Source of the DNA: Candidatus Heimdallarchaeum endolithica
Lineage (GTDB): Archaea > Asgardarchaeota > Heimdallarchaeia > Heimdallarchaeales > Heimdallarchaeaceae
DNA: 64,000 nt
NCBI GenBank assembly: GCA_021513715.1
Contig: CP084167.1
Location: 2,400,001 to 2,464,000 of the forward strand
Reading direction: 5' to 3'
Position 1 is the first letter of the stretch; each line of letters begins with the position of its first letter. The translations under genes and the position numbers were made by a program. The notes beneath the pieces were generated by a model. The model was not told the DNA's origin. It did not search any database and saw nothing but the letters and a program-made list of their open reading frames with translations. Shown here in pieces: positions 1-6,757 of this stretch.

Positions 1-1
1 T

Positions 2-1096
2 ATAGAATTCACTACAACTGTATTAACAAGATTCAAAATTCGTTTTCCACAAGAGAATTGCGATATTAAAGGAGGAGAGGAGTATCATATTTACTTGGAA
101 AATTTGAGTAACGATACAGTAGGCAAACAAGGAGTTGATTTACCTATCACTCAAACAAAGGGTGGGAAACTAGAATTCACTTTATCTCATCGATTGAGGA
201 AGTTGTTCAGTGTTGGAGACAAAGTAAAAGTTAAAGTTGTTAGCGCTACTGAAGAATTTTATTCTCCAGATAATTTTTTAGGAGAAAAACCAAACGAGCT
301 AACAGACTTTTTAGGAAAAAAATTGTCAGTTGTTTTTCTTTATAGAATAGGAGAAAATAGAGGTTTAATTGCTAGCGAATGCGAAAAAGAAGAAAAAATG
401 AAGGAACTAGAAAGCATAGAAGAGACATATGCTTTACTTACTCCAGAAAAGACAAGAAAAGGAAATAATGGGAGAATAAAAATACAAACGGAAATGTATG
501 ATGATCATGCCGTTACTCGTTTTTTCATAAAAATGAAAAAATATAATTTGTTTAAGCAGAAGGAAGGTTTCTATCCTGTGGATTATTATTTATTAATTAA
601 GAACCAAGAACCAATTACTGTATACGTTTGTCTAATGGTTATTACCACGCATGGGGTGTATAAATTCCTATTAGCATCAAAAATAGTCAAAGAGTTTGAG
701 CGATTTCTTACTTCAAAATTGAATATTTATACTATTAGAGATAAATTATACGAATTAGAAAAAAAAGTAGAAAAAATAGTTTATGACTCTTTCAATTCTA
801 AGTTAAGAAAAGAAGAGGAAGAGATAGGCAACTACTTTTCGACTAGTACTATGCTTGAGATAATGGATCATTCTTCTTCCTATGTGCTCAAAGCAATTCT
901 TGCTCTGAACACTAATAATATAATTTCTAGAGATGGGATAGAAGAATATGTGGAAAAGGAATATAATATCAGTGATAAGGAATACATCACGTATTCTCTA
1001 TTGTATTTATTGGAAAAGGGGATAATACGAAGGATTACTGCAGCCAATGGCAAAACTTGTTTTTCATTGGTGAAAATAGATGACAAGAAAAAGTAA
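2..1096 (+). CDS. 5'-truncated DNA-binding protein: tandem AbrB/MraZ-like N-terminal region and C-terminal winged helix
   Basis: The frame is open from base 2 (IEFTTTVLTRFKIRFPQENCDIKGGEEYHIYLEN...), so the TTG at 95 may not be the start. GKLEFTLSHRLRKLFSVGDKVKV is AbrB-like; the C-terminal VLKAIL...YSLLYLLEKGIIRR...GKTCFSL is wHTH-like. Confidence 0.6.
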   Translation: MEFTTTVLTRFKIRFPQENCDIKGGEEYHIYLENLSNDTVGKQGVDLPITQTKGGKLEFTLSHRLRKLFSVGDKVKVKVVSATEEFYSPDNFLGEKPNELTDFLGKKLSVVFLYRIGENRGLIASECEKEEKMKELESIEETYALLTPEKTRKGNNGRIKIQTEMYDDHAVTRFFIKMKKYNLFKQKEGFYPVDYYLLIKNQEPITVYVCLMVITTHGVYKFLLASKIVKEFERFLTSKLNIYTIRDKLYELEKKVEKIVYDSFNSKLRKEEEEIGNYFSTSTMLEIMDHSSSYVLKAILALNTNNIISRDGIEEYVEKEYNISDKEYITYSLLYLLEKGIIRRITAANGKTCFSLVKIDDKKK

Positions 1097-1895
1097 ATTA
1101 CTAACTCTCTTCTCATTTGAAGGGGGAACAGGAAAAACCATGCTCGCGTTAAACATGGGAAAAATGTTTGTGCGAGAAAAAAAGAAAACACTAGTTGTTG
1201 AATTGGATATATTTAATCCTAGCTATCACTATCTTCTGAATAAAAAAGTGGAGAAGGAGAAATATTTAACCCATTGGTTATTAAAAAGGAATATTTCAGA
1301 CTCTTCAAAACGTAAAAATTTCGATGACTGTATATTAGAGCATGAAACAGGAATAGATTTTGCTATTGTAGAACCTGTTTTGACTCTCAATGAAATCAAT
1401 AATAGATATACTACACTCACTGCAGACACATTCCTAGATTTTTTGATGGGCTTGATAGTAGAAATGAAAATAAAATACGACTTTATAATCATAGATTGTC
1501 CTAGTACTTTGAATATATTCAGCGTAAATGCAATATTTGTAGCTGATAAACCAATATTAGTCGCAAGTCCCAACTTGTTCTTGCTAAAAGCGAATGCGGA
1601 AAGGATAGCCCATTTCCCAGAGTATGTTAAAATCAAACCTTTGGACATCATCGTAAATAATTTCAAAAACACATCCACACCAAATGAAATGAAACAAAAA
1701 ATAATGGATATATTGAATCTATCTTTCGATAATCAAATAATCATATTAGAACATTCTACTACTTATTTTAACGATGTGGTAACAGAAAAAAAACTGTTTT
1801 TAGATCCAGAACGAGACTATGTATTATATAATTGCATTTTCAACTATGTACGCTCTTATACAAGAGAACAAAAAGACCCCCCAATTCAATTATAA
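1080..1895 (+). CDS. MinD/ParA-family ATPase
   Basis: Deviant Walker A SFEGGTGKT, switch I VVELDIFNPS, Walker B YDFIIIDCPS; overlaps the upstream gene end. Confidence 0.9.
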   Translation: MTRKSKLLTLFSFEGGTGKTMLALNMGKMFVREKKKTLVVELDIFNPSYHYLLNKKVEKEKYLTHWLLKRNISDSSKRKNFDDCILEHETGIDFAIVEPVLTLNEINNRYTTLTADTFLDFLMGLIVEMKIKYDFIIIDCPSTLNIFSVNAIFVADKPILVASPNLFLLKANAERIAHFPEYVKIKPLDIIVNNFKNTSTPNEMKQKIMDILNLSFDNQIIILEHSTTYFNDVVTEKKLFLDPERDYVLYNCIFNYVRSYTREQKDPPIQL

Positions 1896-1965
1896 TTAAA
1901 TTATTTTTTACTAATCTATTATTTATTAAATTATTAAGAAAAACATTATTCTGTTTTGACTTAGT

Positions 1966-2024
1966 TTTTTTGTCTATACGTTCTATCGACACATGGATTT
2001 TTTGTCTATACGTTTTATCGACAC
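1966..2024. repeat. Two 27-bp direct repeats (period 32 bp), each an imperfect palindrome
   Basis: TTTTTTGTCTATACGTTCTATCGACAC (1966-1992) and TTTTTTGTCTATACGTTTTATCGACAC (1998-2024), one mismatch; core TGTCTATA-N5-TATCGACA. Confidence 0.9.
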
Positions 2025-2055
2025 TTGTCTGATCAAAGCTAATGAAAAGTTATTA

Positions 2056-3000
2056 TTATTTATTCGAATCAAAGAAATATGTTAGGATTCTCTCAAACAA
2101 TGCTAGGTATTTCATAGTTGATAAACTAATTTCAACAATAAAGAAAAGCATTTTAAATTCTGTAAGAACTTTTTCCCCTATACTAAGCATGTCCTTTTCC
2201 CACTCTGTTTTTGGTTCAATTTCATCAACAGTTTTTTTTCTCAACTCTAATAAAGTATTTTCAGCCTTTTGAAGTTGTTTTGGAAACTTTTTCTTTAACT
2301 TATTGATTTCTACTAATGGTTTTGCATGAGCTATTTCGTTTCTTAATTTTATGATACCCAAAAAAGCTGTTTTATTGTTTGCTTTGTTTAATTTGCGGTA
2401 TGCATCACTAATTATTTTCGGTAATCTTTCATCTAGTACCTTCATTAATCTGTTTGGTCTTTCTTTTATAGAACTTTTGTGGAATTCTTTGCTAATATCA
2501 GGTATAATTTCGCGTTGAGCTTTTTTACACATGTAGTCATAACTTTCACCAAGAAAAGTATCAATGTAAGCATATTGTGTTAAAATTAAATAAGCAATAA
2601 GACGTGGAATGAGATTGATATGTTTAAGCGTTTTAGATAGAGTCGAATCTTGTTTTATCTTTTTTTCTTCCTTATTAGCGTTTAATAATGTTAAAAGTTT
2701 TAACATGTCCTCTTTCTGTTCGATTTCCATAGTTTCAGTTATTTTTTCAATATTATTAAGAAAATAATTGTATGCTTGTATTAATACTGGTATAACTTGA
2801 GGACTGTACGCTATTGCTATAAAGCCTAATAAATCCTTACAATTGCTTTCAAACTTTTTTCCAAAGTCTGTATTAAAGAATGAAAATTGCTCATCTTCAA
2901 ATATATTAATAAAATCGATATCTAATTGTTCGATAGTGTTTTCAATAAATTCTGATAGTTCCTTCTTTTCTATCTTTCCCATCATTACGAATATATACAT
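2056..3000 (-). CDS. HEPN-domain protein (putative RNase toxin/defence)
   Basis: Helical-looking protein with an Rx4H motif (KLRNEIAHAK) and an upstream YAYIDTFL helix. Confidence 0.6.
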   Translation of the reverse strand: MYIFVMMGKIEKKELSEFIENTIEQLDIDFINIFEDEQFSFFNTDFGKKFESNCKDLLGFIAIAYSPQVIPVLIQAYNYFLNNIEKITETMEIEQKEDMLKLLTLLNANKEEKKIKQDSTLSKTLKHINLIPRLIAYLILTQYAYIDTFLGESYDYMCKKAQREIIPDISKEFHKSSIKERPNRLMKVLDERLPKIISDAYRKLNKANNKTAFLGIIKLRNEIAHAKPLVEINKLKKKFPKQLQKAENTLLELRKKTVDEIEPKTEWEKDMLSIGEKVLTEFKMLFFIVEISLSTMKYLALFERILTYFFDSNK

Positions 3001-3041
3001 TGTTAAGATTATATAGTTTGTCAGAAATATATTCTCAAATA

Positions 3042-3393
3042 AAAAAGAACTCTCTGCCCATTAAAAAGAAATTAATTCTTTACATACTTTAATATGATAG
3101 ACTGAACTTATTTTTAAGGCATTTATACAAGGAAACAGTTGACAGTTATGTTTATGGTTGTTTTACTGATACTATCGCTTTAACAGCTTCGCTAATGGAA
3201 CCTTTTCTTGAAAATGAGATTTAATTTGAATCTCTAAAAAATTACCAACCATTTTACAATAATAAAAACAATAAAGTGAAACCAAGAGCAATCAATTTAT
3301 CTAACTTGGTTGAACTAGCAAATGAAAAAAGTTAATATCGACTAATTTAAAAACAAAACTTGAAATTTTTATACTGTTCGTCTTGTTCATTGA
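3042..3393 (+). pseudogene. Degraded HEPN/DUF4145-like gene
   Basis: One frame reads LRHLYKETVDSYVYGCFTDTIALTASLMEPFLENEI*FES...INLSNLVELANEK with stops at 3090, 3222 and 3333; shifted frames continue KLISTNLKTKL and TVRLVH. Confidence 0.5.
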
Positions 3394-3508
3394 GTAAATA
3401 ATATGCTTAATATAGTAATAATTTTTTGATATAGGAATTAAGAATAAGATAAACATTGGAAAGAAATCGAAGAGATTTTAAAGGATTAATAATTAAAGAG
3501 GAAGAGAT

Positions 3509-4228
3509 ATGAATTATATAAGTCCAGAATTTGGTAATGAAGCTTATACGTGTCCTTATTGTGATATTGTATCACAACATAAATTTTATTCTGTTGCAAT
3601 TAGTGTCTATTCAATCTTAGATTTCGATAAATATCATAAACCAAAAGAAAAAAATAATAGTCATAGAAAAGCACGTGTTAGTTTTGATTGTTCTCATTCA
3701 GATTTTGAACATCTTGCTATTTCCATTTGCGTTCATTGTAATAATTATTGTATTTGGGAATTAGAAAATAAAAAAATTATTTTTCCACTTGTTTATGGAC
3801 CAAAACCTAATAATGATTTGCCTAAAGATCTAAAAGATGATTTTAATGAGGCTAGGTCGATTATTAATTTATCACCTCGTGCTTCGGCTGCTCTGTCACG
3901 TTTAATTCTTGAAAAACTGCTGAAACATTTGAAAATTAAGGGGAAAAATCTCAATGATATGATTGTATATCTCATTACTCAAGGTTTGAATGAGAAGTTG
4001 CAAAAGGCAATGGACACTTTACGGGTATTTGGTAATGAAGCTGTACATCCAGGACAAATAGATCTGAAAGATGATAGGGAAACTGCAACTGGTTTGTTAG
4101 ACTTAATTAATATTTTAGTTGAAGATTTGATTTCAAAGAAAAAGAGGATAGATAATCTATACAATAAGCTTCCTCAATCAAAACGGAAAAGTATTGAGAA
4201 CAGGGTTAAGAAAACTAAAATGAAATGA
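3509..4228 (+). CDS. DUF4145 (HEPN-like) protein with N-terminal Zn-binding motifs
   Basis: CPYC...CVHC; DFNEARSIINLSPRASAALSRLILEKLL and LRVFGNEAVHPG are typical of DUF4145. Confidence 0.85.
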   Translation: MNYISPEFGNEAYTCPYCDIVSQHKFYSVAISVYSILDFDKYHKPKEKNNSHRKARVSFDCSHSDFEHLAISICVHCNNYCIWELENKKIIFPLVYGPKPNNDLPKDLKDDFNEARSIINLSPRASAALSRLILEKLLKHLKIKGKNLNDMIVYLITQGLNEKLQKAMDTLRVFGNEAVHPGQIDLKDDRETATGLLDLINILVEDLISKKKRIDNLYNKLPQSKRKSIENRVKKTKMK

Positions 4229-4592
4229 TTTTTCTTGCTTAATGAGTAAATATCACCTTGATTTCTTTAATGTTTCATTTTTAAAACTAAGAAAAAAACA
4301 ATTTAATAAATTACACTTGTGTTATATGTTGAAAAGAATTTATGCAAGGCTAAGAATAGCAATTGAGAGTTTTTAATAAACAAAAGTTATAACTTTTCAG
4401 CATTCCTGTTTTTTACACATGAAGAATTGAATGAGAAGAAAAATAGCATTATAATACTTATATAGCTGTGTATTAACATAATTTCTGAAGTAATACTTGA
4501 CGGTTTCCTTTGGAATTAAGTTCTGGGAAAAATTTTTCTACACTGCAATATCCTTTAATAATCGTTAAATAGTTTGGAATGGATTTTTAATT

Positions 4593-5465
4593 ATGCATTC
4601 ATTTATAGATAGTAAAATTTATCCACCTAACAATTGGGATGTCTTTGAAAAAATGGTTACTGATGTTTTTGCTAAAGAATTCGATGAGCCTTCTTTTGTT
4701 AGATACGGTAGAACGGGTCAAAAGCAAAAGGGTATTGATATTATCAATCAAGATATTTCAAAATTAAAAGGATATTGGGGAATCCAATGTAAAAATAAAA
4801 ATCTAACTGAAAAAGAGATTGATAATATAGTTGAAGATGCCAAAAAATTTGATTTAGAATTATCAAAGTTGATTATAGCAACAACCATGAAACGAGATCA
4901 AAAGATTCTGATATATGTGATGAAAAAATCAAAACATCATTCTAGCAATTCTCTTTTTTCAGTTGAAATATATTTCTGGGAAGATCTAAAAACTATGTTA
5001 GCCAACCATCCTTCTTTACTTTCCAAATACTATCCTCACTATGATAATGACACATTTGATAAAGTTGAAAGACTAATATTGGACTCGTCAGTAGATTCAT
5101 GGTCGTATAATGAAGGAGGTGTATATTCTCTTAAAACAGATGTTAAATTAGTGATTAAAAAAGAAAAAGAATATCGTGAGTTTTCGGAGAAATGGGTTGA
5201 GAATTTTGCTGACAAGAAAGCGTATATGAGTATATATTCCATTTTCTATAATAATTCTTTGATTAAAAGAGAATCGTTTGTCGATGTTGATGGATTCAGA
5301 ATGTCCTTACCACTTCCATCTCTAGATAACAATGGCTTAACTATATCTGAATTTCAATATAAATTGTGCAAGATTATTAATGGACCTCATGTTTCATATT
5401 CTCAATATAGAATAAAACGCTACATTGCAACAGCGGGGATTAAAGTAAAGAAAGATACATATTAA
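4593..5465 (+). CDS. Mrr-like restriction-endonuclease-fold protein
   Basis: WDVFEKMV...YGRTGQKQKGIDII...GIQCK is a PD-(Q)xK nuclease signature; the C-terminal domain is uncharacterised (VDVDGFRMSLPLP). Confidence 0.75.
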   Translation: MHSFIDSKIYPPNNWDVFEKMVTDVFAKEFDEPSFVRYGRTGQKQKGIDIINQDISKLKGYWGIQCKNKNLTEKEIDNIVEDAKKFDLELSKLIIATTMKRDQKILIYVMKKSKHHSSNSLFSVEIYFWEDLKTMLANHPSLLSKYYPHYDNDTFDKVERLILDSSVDSWSYNEGGVYSLKTDVKLVIKKEKEYREFSEKWVENFADKKAYMSIYSIFYNNSLIKRESFVDVDGFRMSLPLPSLDNNGLTISEFQYKLCKIINGPHVSYSQYRIKRYIATAGIKVKKDTY

Positions 5466-5708
5466 TTCAATATTTTTCTCTTTTCTTCCTTCTTTTCTTT
5501 TTTTAGTTAATTAAAACCTTTGTATCTTTTTATTCATTTTTTGTTTTTGGAATTAATCTAACTATTCTCTTAATATAATTTTGTCATTTATACCTGCGTT
5601 TACTGGAGTAAAAATGAAATAATAATCTCAAACAACATTCTTTTTTCTTATTTTTTCTTCAAAAAGTAATGAAGTTATCATTTTTCTTCTTATGTCAGAA
5701 CATAGTTT

Positions 5709-5894
5709 ATGCTCACCTTCTCTATCCTTGTCTGTACCGTCATAATCACTATTCTCGGTTTCATAATAATTGAACTCGTCTTTGGTTTTCTCAAACTCTC
5801 TGTTCCTCCTATCATTGACTGCTTACTCATTGTTATCCTTTCTACCTATTCAGTTTTTTTTCTTATAACTACCTTTTGCTTATTCATATCTTAA
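5709..5894 (+). CDS. Possible small two-TM membrane protein
   Basis: 61-aa ORF with two hydrophobic segments separated by KLSVPP; it lies in a pyrimidine-rich tract, so it could be spurious. Confidence 0.35.
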   Translation: MLTFSILVCTVIITILGFIIIELVFGFLKLSVPPIIDCLLIVILSTYSVFFLITTFCLFIS

Positions 5895-6281
5895 AGCAGA
5901 AGAAAAAGAATTTTTGGACATACTTATAAGTGGACACATGGCGATTATCATAAGCATGCAATATATATTGAATAGTATAGAGGCTTATTTATAGTAATAA
6001 TGACATATACAATCATGTATTACCCATATTTATTAACAATTAATATATGCGTCTTTTTGTTATTTTTACGGCTTGTTGTGTGTGATTTTAGTTTATTTAT
6101 AAACTTAACGCATATATTTATATATCAGTATTTGGCGATATGAGTATTTCCAAAAAAACATAATACCTCTTTTTGGCTCAAATAAACTGCAAATATACAG
6201 GAAGTGTTTAATATACACACAGATTTATAAAAAACTAATAAACAATTAATAGACTAGTTAAAAGCCTAATTTCTGTGCAGC

Positions 6282-6308
6282 TTTATATATAGGGGTTAGC
6301 TTTTTAAA
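6282..6308 (+). promoter_or_regulatory. Candidate archaeal TATA boxes upstream of the structured RNA
   Basis: TTTATATA at 6282-6289 and TTTTAAA at 6302-6308; the latter is ~25 nt before the first hairpin. Confidence 0.35.
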
Positions 6309-6330
6309 GAGAACGATAAGCGTACATTTT

Positions 6331-6525
6331 ATGAGTCAATTTAGACACTATCTCTTGTCTAATACCAACCCCAAGTACTTGAGTAGTGCTAAATTGGCTC
6401 ATGTTGCCTTGTCTCTGATACAAGGATCTGACTTCCTTTTAGACCCAGTAGAGAGTTTCAGCAGATATGGGCAACGCACAAAAAATGAGAGGGTGAATTC
6501 CTTCACTCTCTCCACTCTCCTTTTT
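6331..6525 (+). ncRNA. Candidate structured non-coding RNA (two abutting 72/73-nt hairpins plus a terminal hairpin and T-run)
   Basis: Stems 6331-6354/6381-6402, 6403-6418/6458-6475 and 6487-6497/6502-6512. Mismatches are G-U wobbles on the + strand or 1-nt bulges, and GC is above the flanks. Confidence 0.6.
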
Positions 6526-6530
6526 ATTTA
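6487..6530 (+). terminator. Hairpin followed by T-rich tract
   Basis: GAGAGGGTGAA-TTCC-TTCACTCTCTC, then CACTCTCCTTTTTATTTA. Confidence 0.45.
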
Positions 6531-6757
6531 TTTTATTCAGGTGGAAAAATGTTCGACTTTTTGAAAATTGGATTTCTATTTCAGTCTGTACTTAAGAAAG
6601 AAAAGGTAAACGTTTCTTTTTTAATTTACAATTATTGTATATCTATCAAACTCATCCAGTTAAAAGTTCTGGAATTTTCTTCCCCATTTAAAAACAAATT
6701 AGGTAATTATCATTTTAAAGTGAAAAATATTAGTTTTAGGAAATAGGTGAAAGATAA

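Noticed and set aside
1966-2030. Mini-CRISPR array
   Set aside because: Only two repeats separated by 5 bp; no spacer-length unique sequence and no cas genes.
3388-4252. Shared TGAGTAAATA/TGCTTAAT words after two cargo genes as integron-like attC sites
   Set aside because: Short, AT-rich, in different order, and not seen after the other cargo genes.
6331-6525. Known RNA classes (tRNA, H/ACA, hammerhead, omegaRNA/HEARO, SAM or B12 riboswitch)
   Set aside because: Diagnostic motifs not found by eye; there is only one ACA after hairpin 2 and no clear K-turn. An Rfam search is still needed.
6331-6564. 77-aa ORF as a protein gene
   Set aside because: No recognisable protein features; it coincides with the hairpins and runs through the terminator-like structure.
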